Below, in pieces: positions 50,632-64,000 of a stretch of 64,000 nucleotides of DNA. The notes under the pieces are model-generated. The model saw only the letters and a program-made list of their open reading frames with translations. It had not been told where the DNA came from and did not search any database. Source of the DNA: Azolla caroliniana (Eukaryota > Plantae > Polypodiophyta); contig JBHGNT010000013.1 in the NCBI GenBank assembly GCA_043228905.1, forward strand, positions 12,772,001-12,836,000. Direction: 5' to 3'. Numbering within the stretch: the stretch's first letter is position 1; each line of letters starts with the position of its first letter. Position numbers and translations under genes: made by a program.

Positions 50632-53600
50632 TGCTACTATATTGCAGATCAAGCTTCTCTTCCTCCCCTGTTTTTGGTTGTCTCTTCTTCTGCTCTGTTC
50701 TCAGACTAGAATAATTATTCTACACTTTACATAATGAGAAGAGAAAAAAGCTGTAACTGGGGCATGGTCTTTCATAGAGGATGAAGCTGGAGGGATGGAA
50801 GATGAGATCTGTTTGTGTATGAAAGATCTCTCTGTACGAGCTTTTCCAATCTGTTGTTGTCTGTAATTCTTGGAGAGTGCAAGATGCAGAGCAGATCCTT
50901 AATTTTTTTTTCCCTGTCAATCTTGATCTACATGGATGGCACAATCACTGTCCATATCAAAAATATGCCTCTCTTCTCCACACACGCACACACACACATC
51001 TCATGCTTTCTTTTGACTTCTTTCACTCATCAATCATTATTCTCTTTAATTCTGTGTCGCAGAGCCTCCATCTCTGCTATTGATTGGGGCAATCAAATCC
51101 AGAAGAAGGGGGTTTTTTCTTTTCTTTTTTTCTTTCACCTTCTTAACTTAGTGGTAACTTTTGTTATGTATATTGTTAATAATTATAGATACATACATAG
51201 ATTGAGTCTTACCAACAACTCTTATTAAGTAAGGCTTTGGGTTCAAAGGCTCAGCTATTATTACACCTCTTCCTCTTCTTCTTCTTCTTCTGTTTTTTTA
51301 CCCCTAATTTACTAGATGCCAGTGTGGAATGTAGGGTCTCTCTTTTTGTTATTATTATTGTAAGTAGCTTATACACACATGCACTTAGCACACGATATAA
51401 GTGGGTGTGGTGCGCGCACACACGCACGCACATATTGCGCATGATATCAATGGGTGTGCGGCTTGTCATCAACCCCTGGACCTCCCTCCCCCACTGCTCT
51501 ACCTTCAATGCTTAATGTAAACGAAATCTGTCTACCACAAACAATGCTTGAATGATAGTTTATGTGCCAGGGTTTTTATGATGGCCGATGCTAGTTGATT
51601 TGGTCGGGTTTTTGGTTGGACACACACCCCCCTAGCTAGATGTGAGCCACAGACTCCCCCCTACTGAGGACTTGAAACTTCTCCCCTGAGACGAGATATG
51701 TCTACGAATGATGATGACTCCTCTCAGGAATGATGAGGACTCCTCCTGATATCGGTGCGACACGATTCTCTTGAGGTGCCCATCTAACAAAGAGCCATCG
51801 AAACACAACACTTCAAAAAGTGTAGAACTTTTTTTTTATCATTCTCTGCTTTTTTAAGATATATCTCATAGAATTGGGTGGTTGCTGGTTTTTGTCTCCT
51901 AATGACACCTCATTTGACATGTCATTCTTGTGACTTTGTTTGATAGGATAAATATGTTGTGTTTTCCTTTATTAAAAATGGGTCCTTTCTAACTTTTCTA
52001 ATGATTTGGTCTACTCTACCTATAATATTCTTACATATGACATTCGAGGGTAGTTCATCATATTGTTCTGTTATCCACGTATTGTCTCGTATTCAATACG
52101 ATGTCATCTTCTCCATTAGTTCTCGACCACTCTTCATTTGTCCATAAATGGTGCCTCAAACTCCATGCTTGGATTTGAATCTCAAACACGTGCATTTTCT
52201 TCACTGGCATTATCCACGAGTACTTGCAGGCCTCTAAAATTTGATGTTTCAAGTAGCAGTCTAGTTTCTTGGAGCTATATTCTTCTTTCTTTATTTGAGA
52301 ATTGTGATGGAATGTGAATTTGTAAAGCTATGGTGTTCCTTTGAGGAATGTAAACCCGTAAAAGCGTTAGTACCTAGTTGGTTTTTTTGGAAAGGGATTT
52401 TATCTTGGCCAAATTGTAAAGCCGTATCTTTAGTCACAAAGGATAAAGAAAATAGATACCAAAATGAAGCATTCACTAATAATGAGTGATACATTATCCT
52501 CAAGTTTCGAGGCAATACATAGCAAAGAGTATACATATTTATGGCTACATATCATATTAGTACATTCGGATATATGTAGTATTTTGTTCTAATAAGACAA
52601 TTGTAACTATATCTACAAACACCTTTCCCATATCTACAATTTTCTCGTGATTGATCAAGTTTTGGGCTGTCCTAGACCATTGAATGATCTACCTCCAACT
52701 ATGAATATTTATATTGCACTTCATATTCCAAGCTACCTAACAATATTGCTAATTACAAGTCCAAAAAATATACATAAATATATGCATCTATGTTATATCT
52801 TAATCATGATAGATCATGACCATGTGTGCATAAAAAATAATTAATGGCGTTATTGAGAACCTTTTTGGAAGTTAGTGTAAGTGAGTAGCATAAATATGGA
52901 AAGTCTTTGTAATTTTAATATCGCAAGAAATAGCTTAGATTTTAGGTCTTTACCTATAATAACATGCATGCCAACACGTGTCCTAAAGTATCTCATAAGA
53001 GCTTAGTGGAATAAAATTTACCGATGGAAAGTCTCCACCCTCCCTATTCAGTGGACAATTTTCAGCGATGTAATTAGTTAGTAACCAATAATCTTATTTT
53101 ATATGATACTCACGAAGTTACTAGTAGTTATTATTTACTCACTTAATTCATTAAGTTAAAGTGATAACAATGAAAACATTATTAAACATCAATATTATTA
53201 ACCATACTGGATCACGATTCACTCCTACAATAAATGGAAACCAAGCAAAAACAAATAGCTATTTCGGTAACGAGACACAATGAACGGATGTCTAGACATG
53301 AAGAACATATTATGGTGTAATGAGAAAAGCGACAATACATGAGAAAAATATGTTTGATTGCAACGAAGATATTGTGATAAGAAAAAGAAATGAAAAGCAA
53401 GGAAACAAGAGAAACATGTCTCAATAAATGGTGGTAAAAAAGGTGCGGGGAGAGATGAGAAAGTGATATTTGGACGTAAAAAAGTTTTCAAGATGAGAAA
53501 AAGGCGAATGTTGAATAAAGAAAAAACAAAGATAAATTATATCAAATGTTTGGATATAAACGAGATATGTGGTGAAAGGAAGAAGCAATACTAGAAAATG

Positions 53601-54088
53601 TACAATAATATGTAATGCTAACACCACAATGGCTATTGAGCATAAGCGAATCTAAACGTTATGCCAAACATTAACATGAGTGCTTTAGAATAATGAATGT
53701 CAATATGTGTATAATATAAATAAAAAAACTTGCATTCAAGAGGAACATAAATGTTCTCAACATCAGAGAGGTCAAATAGCCCTTTAGATGAATGAATTTA
53801 GTCACGGCAAGCCTTACCATCATCCTTCTCATTCTCAATTCTTTGCATGATTGATGACACTCTCTATCAGTAATGATAGTTGAAACATTATTGGGTTGTT
53901 TTGTAATTGGTTGTACAATTTCGTTTTCATTCACGAATCACACTTAGAGTTAGACATTTTTGCAATTGTAAAATGTCCTTGCCATCAACCTAATTTATAT
54001 TTTGCTTCTTCAACACTGTTATAGGCCTTGTTGTCCTTTGATCCATGTTTAAGTTATACTATAAGAAATGATTACCTCATGGGTTTCA

Positions 54089-55480
54089 TGTTATGGGCAT
54101 AACTATAACTTATCCCAATGGTTTGTACCATAGTTTTCTATACACGAGGATAAGAGTTGTGAGGGTTAATCGAGAATGTAAAGAAGGGAGGATTACATGT
54201 TGTCTCAATCCCTGGGATTTAAGCCAATCCTTCTTCTTTACATTCTCCTTTAACCCTCATTATTCTTGTCCATGTGTGTAGAAAACAATGTTACAAACTA
54301 CCACGGGATAAGTTATCATAGAAAACTTCTAATGTTTCTTTTGTTGATTTGTGTTTCTTTCAGATGGTAGTGAATCTATGTTCATTTGCAGGTTGATCCC
54401 GGGAGTAGTCAACAAAAGAACTTTGATATTTCCTTTTTTGTTAATCGATAAATGTTTAAGTTATTATTCGAAGTATAAATCGTTCAATTGTTGTGGTCGT
54501 ATTTAATGCCTATAAATCATATATACATGATGTATGTGTACAAGGAGGCATTAATATTACATTATTTGAAATTCATTTGATACATTTTTTAATTGCGATG
54601 TGCGTCATATGCATATGAGGTCAAAACCTCAATTGTGTCTTGCGCACACTTATTTGGGTCTTGTGTGTGCGTAGAGGATTGTGGTGGCACTCTTCACATT
54701 TTTGTAGAGAAGGCGTAGGCACCATCCTTTTTAACAATTGTTTTGTTATTGTTACTATCCTTGATCGCCCCAATTGTGCCATATGTAACAATTAAACAAG
54801 CATAGACACAATGATGCATGTGCAAGATGCCTTACACGCGGTCATACAACCATCCCTCATCTATTTGAAGGGGTAAGGGCTTCACTCACTTCAAATGGGG
54901 TAATCCTTCTGAAATAACATCCAATATCCTCCATATTTCTTAATAATGTGGCTGCCACGAGACCGTCATTGCAAAAGGCATTTGTTATGAAGTAGCTATG
55001 TGAAAGGCCACATGACGGAAAAGAGAGCTATTGTTGGCTTGGCCATTAGGTTGCTCATTATTGTGTGCCTTTATTATGACAAGACTTGGGGTTGGGTAAA
55101 ATAAAACCGTAGTTTCTAGTTACAACTTACAACGATGCGGGAAAAAATAGGATTGAGACACATGTTTGTTTTCAAAAAAGAGAGAGGATATATATAAAAA
55201 TATATTGACATATACCATTTTCACTTTTTATAAATCAATATAATAACCATTTGGTTAGCTTGAGTGATTTAATGACTTTGTTCTCAAGGTTATGAGTTCA
55301 AAATGACTATGAACAAGTAACATTATTAAAGCGGTCATCGTTAGGGGAATTAAAGAGTCGAGACCATATTGGTGGACATAGAGACTTCATTTATTTTAAA
55401 CATTTTTTCTTATATAAACCTTTCAAAAGGCTAACAAACGTAGTTGAGCCTAGGGAGTGACCATTCAGCAAATTCGGCCT
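54089..55480 (+). mobile_element. Element I: old LTR plus 5' leader remnant of the element-A family
   Basis: tgttatgggcat...gataagagttgtgagggttaa...gtaaagaaggggaggattac matches the A LTR start. Later blocks (tcacatttttgt..caccatccttttt, ccattaggttgc, aagagtcgagacca, gttgagcct.ggga) match the A leader 17300-18700. Confidence 0.75.
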
Positions 55481-55482
55481 CT

Positions 55483-57694
55483 TGTTGATCTTAACTTCTT
55501 AACACTCCCCTTGAACCTCAAGTTGGGGGTTCTCTTTGTCTGTATTGCTGGTTCGCCGCTCCAACTCCTCCTGGCACATTGTCGTGGTATTCCGCGCATG
55601 TGTGTTGGAATGGGGCGGGATCATCGGAGTCTTGAACAAGGAGCTAGTAAGGAGAGTGAGAGAGTGTGAAATGTTTATCCGGATTGATTTTCGGATAACT
55701 TCGCTAGCACACGGATCAACACGTAACCGATCCGGACCAGTTACCAAATGCCAGATGATGAGCACACGAGCTTAGGCACGTATGTTGTTGCGGACCTATC
55801 GCAGGATACCGGACGGTGAGCACACAGGCTCAGACGCTCAGTTATGCACGCAAGAGGAAGCAAACAGAGATGAGGATACGAACAGAGACAAAAAATAATC
55901 GATTAACTTAAAATAATAGAAAATACAACCAGACTCGACCGACAATAGAGCTTCAAGCTCTCCACACACAAACCCACAATTCCTAGTGAGCCTCTGGTCG
56001 GGATCACACGGGCTTCCAGCTTGAACAGGGGCATCACAATACAATGACCGACAAACAAAAAGCAAGAAACAAGCATTCTACTCAGCAATCCGATAGAGCT
56101 TCCGCCTCCTAAACAATGGATCTCAAAACATATCAATTCCTCCCCTTTTATAGCACAAGGGGATGACGGTTACATCAATATCAAATGCAACTGTTTGGTC
56201 AGAGATCCATTCCATGATCCTCTACCCAACGCGTTGTCATCATCATTCGACACATTTAAAGTACTGATAGACCATCTTTGTCTCATACTTTATTATTCTT
56301 GTTTTGCACAAAGTTTAATACATTTATTTACACATCGAATTTATATACATAAACCCTTGTTCGTATGCATCCTTGCACACCCCCGTTCACGCGCATCCAA
56401 CTCCGTTTTCTCTCATAGCCGGAATTCCTCACGACATCCACCCCCCCACCAAACCGCACATCCTCCGGTATGTGCCGAGTAGTGAAGCTGTAAAGATTCC
56501 AGATTGATCCTCATGCGTCGTCCTCCGACCTAACGTCGACCGGGTCCTCGTCCGATTCCTCACTTTGTTCGACATCCTTTTCCTCCATGTCCGGATCCGG
56601 TTTTGGCTCGTGCTGCTTCTTAAAGGCCTTGATCCACTTCCCCACGATCGACACTACTATCCTCGTTCTGTCGAGCTCCGCAAGGTGATATGTTGCATTG
56701 TCATTGGCGCTTGTCACCATGTACGGCCAGAACCACCGTCTTGTGAACTTCTGAGTTGACTTCTGCTGGTTGTTGAGGTCGATGTTGTAGACTAGCGCCT
56801 AGTCGCCTTCCTCGATTTTCCCCGGCCTTAATTGATGTGTCCGGTTGAACCGTCCTTTACTTCTCGTCCGTGCCTCTTTCACCCTCTCCTTTGCTTGTTC
56901 AATGTCTTCCGGTCTCCGCTCGAGTTGCCGGATCCGCGCTGCCAATAGCTCTTCCCGACTCATCTCGTCCGACCAGTTGATTGCCATCCACGATGTTATT
57001 GTTCTCTCCACCGGCATAATCGGCTTTTGCCTAAGCATGAGTTCGGCTGGCATGTATCCAGTTATTGAACTGTGCGTAGTTCGGTCGGCCCACAATGCAT
57101 AAAGTCATGAGTCTCGACCAATTTCCGACCCGTCCGTGGCATGCCCTTACAATCACCTTCACGATTGGCCCGTGTCCGTGCTCGACCTTCCCATTCGCCT
57201 CCGGATTCTACATCGTTGTGAGGGAAAGCTTGACCCCTAGTCGTTTGAACAACTCCTCGGTCTCTTGTGCGTCCAGCTCCCCTTGGTCAGCTACGATTTT
57301 CCTGACACACCCGTACTGGCTGATCACAGCCTCGATTAGGAATTGGCACACCACTACGGTCGTCTTGTTTGGCAAGGCTCGACTCTCTCCCTAGTTCGTC
57401 AGATCTTCTCTTGCTAGCACCAGGTGCCGCATCTGCCCTACCCCCGTCGGTATCGTCACTAAATCAACCATCCATTTGAAGTGAATGGTCAGTGGGTAAG
57501 TCGGGTGCAGCTCGCTGCGGTGTGCCGAACCCCTAAGTGCATTTGGCAGCTCTTGCACGTCGACACAAAGTGGTGCACATCCTTGTACATTCCCGGCCAC
57601 CAATATCTTTCCTTCAACTTCTCGAACGTAGCCCATGTTCCACGATGTCTGGACTAGGGACTCTCATGAAACTCCGATATCAGCACCGACTCGT
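55483..57694 (-). mobile_element. Element G: degenerate relative of the C/H family (integrase remnant, PPT, probable 3' LTR ~55483-56436)
   Basis: Minus-strand HFKWMVDLVT, REDLTN, WADRTTHSS and RWFWPY. PPT gtgggggggtgga then TGTCGTGA at 56436. The distal LTR end is uncertain. Confidence 0.8.
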
Positions 57695-60600
57695 TGTCAT
57701 GAACAGTACTGAGACAAAGAAGGAATTAGTACTAAACGAAGGATTAGTACTATGAGAGGTGTGGAACTTCTTCGAGAGAAGGAAGAAGTGAGCGAGACAG
57801 AGAGAGAGAGAGAGATTGAGAGAGAGACAGAGAGAGAGATTGAGAGAGAGAGAGAGAGAGAGAGATGATAAGAAAGATATGTATTATATGAAGAGAATAT
57901 ACAATGGTGGCTAAAAGGCTTAAGACTGGCGTTGAAACAATTTGGTTCAACATAATGCCTAGTGCCCTCTTTTATAGTGTTTTCAGGAGTAATCCTGAAG
58001 CTTCTAGAATGTTCCAGAGAAATCTGGAATATACACTAATTTCCTATAATAAAATGTAAATGAAAATAATATCCTACGTATTACAATAGATGATCTAATG
58101 GTCAAGAGCTCGACCCATATAACTTAAGGTCACGGGTTCGAGTCTTGCCATATCATGACACTATCCCCCCTTTAAAAAGACGAGTGTCACGAGTTGTCTT
58201 GGATTGAGGACCTGGTTTGTGTGGATATTGATGATGGAAGTCTTCAAGAAGAGCAAGAGCATTGGTCACATTCTCGATCGGTTCCCAAGTACGTTCGTTG
58301 GGGCTATAGCCTAGCCAATCGACTAGATAGTAGAGCTTGTTGCGAACAATCTTGGAATCAAGGATGGCGGCAACCTCGTACTCCGGCCCATCTTCAAGCT
58401 TGATCGGGGGTGGAGGTTGGATAAGACGTCTTGGGATGGTGCTCTCGTGGTAGGGTTCGAGGAGAGAACTATGAAACACCGGATGTATCCGAAGTTGAGG
58501 AGGTAGATCGAGACGAAAAGCGACATCATTAATCTGTCCAATAATACGGAAAGGACCTAATCGCCGATAATCTAACTTCTCACATGGACGAGTAGTCTTG
58601 ATGTGTCGTCGTAGCAGCCACACCTGATCTCCAATATTAAAACTGGATGGAAGTCGATGACGATCCGCGTAGACCTTGTGTGTTTGTTGAGCTTGCTGGA
58701 GATGAGTAGATAAATCCGCTTGTATCTTGCGTAATTGCTCCAAACGATCCTCCGCGCACGGATTTGTGGACACCTCTGGGGTTTCAAGTACACTCCACCG
58801 GGGGTGACATCCCATATAAGCATAAAATGGCGTAACTTTAGTGGATGTGTGGATAGAGTTGTTATAGGCAAATTCGGCGAAGTGGAGAATATCTACCCAG
58901 TCATCTTGATGATAGCTGAGAAAGCACCGCAGATACTGCTCCAACATTTGATTTGTTCGTTCAGCTTGGCCGTCAGTTTGTGGGTGGTAGCCAGAGGAGA
59001 GGTTACAAGTGACCTTGAGCATGTTAAAAAGGTGCTTCCAGAATTTTGACACGAACTGGGGTCCACGGTCGCTGATGATACTATCAAGAAGTCCATGATG
59101 CCGACATACTTCACGCATGACAATTTCGGCAGTGTCTTCACTAGAGATCTCCTTAGTACATGGCAAGAAATGAGCCATCTTCGTATATTGATCGACCACC
59201 GTTAGAATTGCATTGAATCCCTTAGAAACTGGAAGATCTGTGATGAAGTCTAGAGCAATGGATTGCCACGGCTTGCTTGGGATTGGTAATGGTTCTAATA
59301 AACCATATGGATGATGCCTTGGCATTTTCGCTCTGCAACATATATCACAAGTCCGAACAAAATCCTCGACAAATTGTCGCATACAGGGCCACCCGAATGC
59401 TCGTTGTACTAAATGTAATGTTTTAGTACTACCAAAATGCCCAGCTGTATATGTGTCATGATAGTTTTGTACTACTCGAAGGCGGCAAGAACCATTAGGA
59501 ACACACAAAAGTTCTTTAAAGAAGAGTAATCCATCATGGTATTTGAATTGCCGATAGTCCGTACCTAGTGGTTGCGACTGTGAACACGACGCTCGAGAGG
59601 GATCAATTTGTGCTAGTATAGCTTGGGCGAACGCATCTGTCTTCAAGTCTTCACGTATGGTATCGATAACGTGGGAATCCATAGGCATGTCAAAGATCGG
59701 TGTTGCTTGTAGTCATGCCGGTCCCAAGATGACTTGTTTTTGGTTATCGAAAGCTGGCTCGCCGGGACGGGGTGCTAGATATGAACGCCGTGATAATGCA
59801 TCTGCCTTCCCTTGGTGCCTCCCCGGACAATATGTAATTTTGAAGTTGAAACGCGTGAGGAAGTGGGCCCACCGAGCTTGACGTCGATTCAACACACGAG
59901 CATCCTGAAAGTAGGCAAGATTCTTGTGGTCACTAAATACGGTGACTGGATGAGAGGATCCCTCCAGAAAATGCCTCCATTGCATAAAAGAATCCACTAT
60001 TGCCAATAGCTCCTTATCATGAATTTCGTAGTTGATTTCAGCGGCGTCAAACTTGCGTGAGTGAAAAGCCACAAGATGTAGCTTCTCATCATTCCCCTGT
60101 TGTGACAGAATGCTCCCCAATGCAAAATCCAATGCGTCAGCTTCCATAATGAATGGTTTTTCCGGATCGACATGAGCTAGAATTGGAGCCGATGTAAATG
60201 CCTTTTTAAGACTCTCGAAAACCATGTCTGTTTCTTCAGACCAGATGAACGGTTGTCCCTTCCTGGTAAGTTGTGCGAGAGGTAGAACGATCTTTGAGTA
60301 ATCTTGTATGAACTTCCGGTAAAAATTGGCAAAGCCTAAGAAGCATTGCACATCCCGCACCGAACGCGGAGTCTGCCATTCTACCACCGTTTTGACCTTA
60401 GCTGGGTCCATGGAGATGCCTTCTGACGAAATGATGTAGCCGAGAAATTCCACTTGGTTGCACCCGAAACTACATTTTTCCAGCTTTGCATACAAACCAT
60501 GTTCTCGAAGTCGTTTTAGTACTAATAGTACATGAGAATCATGTTCTTCTTGGGTCTTTGAATAAACCAGTAGATCATCCAAATAGATGATCAAACAATC

Positions 60601-60714
60601 ATCCAATAGATCTCGGAATATATCATTAGCCATGTGCTGGAAGAATGTCGGCGCATTAGTGAGGCCGAACGGCATGACCGTATACTCGAAGTGCCCATAT
60701 CTGGTGCGAAACGC
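57695..60714 (-). mobile_element. Element F: Tcn1-like chromovirus inserted in G and interrupted in RT by element H
   Basis: 3' LTR 57695-58160 (TGTCA...TGACA) and PPT aaaggggggatag. RT YLDD/RNase H at 60714-59713; integrase-chromodomain ORF 58153-59688 (EYEVAAILDS...YLVDWLGY...TWEP). One stop lies between RNase H and integrase. Confidence 0.92.
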
Positions 60715-63700
60715 TGTCAAGGTATTCCTCGCGGATGCGTGGAATGAGGCGGGACCTCGGGGGTCTTGCACCGAAAAGCAAGAGAGAAAGGAGAAGGGAC
60801 CCACTACGTGCGAGCGTAGATTCACAGGGACACGGCCCTTCGACACAAAGACGCGAGTGGGACACCGACACAGAGAGACACGAATGTATGTATATATATA
60901 TTAACAAAGACAAACAACAAGAAGCACGAAGTTGGTTACAACTGAATAGGCCGGCGAACAGATGCCGTTGCCTGTTCGTAAACGCACAGAAAGAAAGGAG
61001 TAGGTTGGAGGTGCTGCCGGAAGCGCTCGGGCATTCCTCAGAGTAGCGCGAGCCTCCCGAAACCTGCACAGAAAGAAGCTACGGGCTTGGAAGAAAGAGA
61101 AGCCTTTGGCCGACAACCCGACAACACTTCGTCCTCTCTATCGTCGATCCCCTTCCTCCTTCTCGTCTCCCTCCTTTTATAGGCAAGAAAGGAGCTGTTT
61201 CCCATTAACTTCCTACCTACCGAATCTACCTACCTAGGATCTTCTATGTACCTAATTCTCTCTTACGTACAACATAAGGCGTACGTGCATGAAGAGCCGG
61301 TTCCTACGCTCCGGTGCACCGATTCCGCTTGTGGACGGTTTTCTTCACGACATCCGCCCCCACCTAACCGCGCATCCACCGGCATGCGCCAAATTGTGTT
61401 GGGACGGAGAAAACTGGTGCAGTCTTTATTCCCTGCCCATCGGTTCTTCCTCGGTTTCGAATCGTTCGTCGTCGCGGTCCAGGTTAACCGGATCCGGGTC
61501 GTCGTCGTGAAGCTTCTTGAACATTTTGATCCGCTTCCCAGCTACCGGTATCGCCATTCTCATGCCGTCAAGTTCCGCCAGATGGTATGTCCCGTTGTCG
61601 TTGGCGCTTTGTACCACGTAAGGCCCGAACCACCTTCTTGCGAACTTCCGTGTTGCTCGGTGCTGGTGGTCGAGGCTGCTGTCGTAGACTAGCACCCAGT
61701 CGCCTTCCTCGATCTTCTTCGGTCGGAGCCGGTGCGTTCGGTCGAAGCGGGCTTTGTTCCTCGTCCTTGCCACCCGAAGCTTTCCCGCAGCCTGCTCCAC
61801 GTCCTCCGGTCTTCGCTCGAGCTATCGTATGCGCGCCGCCAACAGTTCCTCCCGGCTCATCTCGTCTCTCCAGTCCACGGTTGCCCATGAGGAGATCGTA
61901 CGTTCCATCGGCATGATCGGCTTCTGCCCAAACATGAGCTCTGCCAGCATGAATCTGGTTACTGAACTGTGCGTAGTTCGGTCCGCCCACAACGCGTAAG
62001 GCAGCAGTCGCGACCAGTTCCCGACTTGACCTCCGCATGCCCGAACTAACGCCTTGACGATCGGTCCGTGTCCGCGCTCCACCTTCCCATTCGCCTCCGG
62101 ATTGTACGCAGTGGTAAGCAAGAGCTTGACTCCTAGTCGGTCGAACAGCTCCTCGGCCTCTTCGGTGTCCAACTACCCGCGATCAGCCACGATCTTCCCG
62201 ACGCACCCGTACCGGCATATCACGTCCTCGATCAAGAACCGACACACGGCCACGGTCGTTTTGTTCTGAAGGGCTCGGCCTTCCACCTGGTTCGTCAGAT
62301 CTTCCCGAGCCAGGACCAGATACCACATCTGTCTTACTCCCATAGGCATTGTCACCAGATCTACCATCCATTTGAAGTGGATGGTCGGAGGGTACGTAGG
62401 GTGAAGCTCGTCCCGATGTCGTACCATGGAGTGCATCTGACAGCTCTCACAAGTTGTCACGAACCGATGCACGTCCCGGTACAGTCTCGGCCACCAGTAC
62501 TTCCCCTTTATCTTCTCGAACGTGGCCCACGTTCCACGGTGTCCAGCCCAAGGGCTGTCGTGGTAGGCCGTCAGCAGCTCCTCCTGTTCTTCCTTCATCG
62601 TCACCACCCGGAGCGGGACGCCGTTCCTCTTCTTCGGGTGCTTCCATAAGTATCCGTCCCGGAGAAAGAATCGGTATGCTTTCTTCCGGATCCGATTGGT
62701 CTCGTCCCTCGTCCATGACGCATCCGGCGTCATTGTCCTCAAGAAACCACCGATCTGTAGCCACTCGCCGTCGTACTTGGTCACGTCGAAGCCGTTAAGC
62801 GCCGGAGTGCCCGTCCCATCAGTCGTCACGTACGCTGCCTCGAAGAAGTCCACGCCGACTTCTTCGTCCTCCGAAACCATGCCGCCCTCATCATCAAACC
62901 TCGCCCTCGAAAGCATGTCGGCCATGGCGTTGTCCTTTCCGGAAATGTGTCGTATTTCCGGGTCCAGGGACTTGATGTACGCTATCCACCTGAGCATCGC
63001 CAGGTCCGGTGTCGCGCATCCGGAAACCATGCCGAGAATTGGCAGGCAATCCGTCTCGATAATCACTTCTGTCCCGATCAGGTAGTCTTTGTCGGCCTTT
63101 ACTGCCGAAACGATACCCCAGAGTTCGTGTTTAACCTGGGCGTACCCTTGCTGTCGCTCACTGAGGACCTTAGCACCGAATCGGATCGGGAACCGAATGC
63201 TGTCCTCGTCTACTTGGTTGACGACCCATCCGATCCCGGTCGGACTTGTATCCACCGTTATGTATACCGGGGTACCCTTCTCGTAGACAACCTTCCGGAG
63301 TGTCGGTGCTGCCGCAAGAGCTTCCTTCATATTCCGGACCGACTCCGTGTGCTCGTCTCGTCACTCGAATTTTCGCCCCTTCTTCAGCAACCCGTATAGC
63401 GGTTCCGCAACGTGGGCGTAATGTGGGATCCATATGTGGTAGAATGCGCATGCCCCCAGGAACCTCCAAACCTCCGTAACCGAGCTACAGTCGGTCTTCA
63501 TCGCGGAGATGGCTTCTACTTTTGCCGGAGACGGCTTCCGGCCATATGGTCCACATAGGTGTCCGACCACCAGGATTTCTGATTGCCCGAAGGCCGATTT
63601 CTCCCCGGAGAAGGTGAGCCTCGCATCCTCTAGCCTTTGTAGCAACTTCTCGTAGTCGCCGATGTGTGTTGCCACGAATCGCCGGCATCCGTCCGGCCCG

Positions 63701-64000
63701 ACTGTCTCGTCCTTCTCTTCCACCGCGCACCCTTTGATAGGGATGTCGTCTAGAAATGGCATGGTGATGTCCGCGCTCCATCAACTCCGGGATGTGAGCT
63801 CTCGGTACTGGAATCGGCTTGAGATTCCACGGCACATGCGGTACCGTGAATATCACCATCGGCTCCACGATTGTCGGGTCTACGAACCCGATCTCCTCCG
63901 GGGAGAATGCGAAGGCTTTCCCGTGCCTTCCGAGCATTCTCCGAAACCGGTCTTCCTCCGCCGGCAGTAGGAACCCGCCCCCACCGATCTTGAGCTCCCG
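60715..64000 (-). mobile_element. Element H: GC-rich Ty3/gypsy element of the element-C family, pol region plus 3' LTR (60715-61352); continues beyond the window
   Basis: LTR start TGTCGTGAAGAAAACCG and PPT match element C. RT (FLDDIPIKG), RNase H (VDTSPTGIG, ETDCLP) and integrase (H-H-C-C, DLVTMP, ANGKVERGH). In-frame stops at ~63361, 62173 and 61822, and a deletion in RT near 63775. Confidence 0.93.

Noticed and set aside
60715-60846. N-terminus of the 377-aa ORF 59713-60846
   Set aside because: Read-through from the H LTR into the RT of F.

Overview
Eukaryotic nuclear DNA from a land plant, probably a non-seed plant such as a fern (inferred from gene content, short GT-AG introns, abundant TATG/CT microsatellites and Tcn1-like chromoviruses). 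There are five host genes: two convergent, intronless paralogues encoding a DUF1221/HeLo-like N-terminus plus a protein kinase (plant MLKL-like; 2843-4882 + and 9204-11570 -), a 92-aa single-pass Pro/Tyr-rich membrane protein, a 4-exon HhH-GPD DNA glycosylase and a 6-exon ALMT anion channel. Two nested Ty3/gypsy clusters (13.9-31.4 kb and 54.1-64 kb) are built from the same three families, with LTRs, primer-binding sites (PBS), polypurine tracts (PPT) and target-site duplications (TSD) resolvable by eye. The window also holds solo LTRs, a non-autonomous hAT element, two L1 fragments, two tRNA-like units and several tandem repeats. The most notable observations are: (1) the MLKL-like pair keeps the catalytic K/E/D/D residues and shares a Cys-rich C-terminal tail; (2) a very young gag-protease-only LTR element has a tRNA-Trp PBS, a 4-bp TSD and a GGAUUUU slippery site at the gag-pro stop; (3) a PPT/LTR junction is amplified four times; (4) a retroelement leader carries a hairpin array. 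All family assignments come from recalled motifs; no database searches were run.
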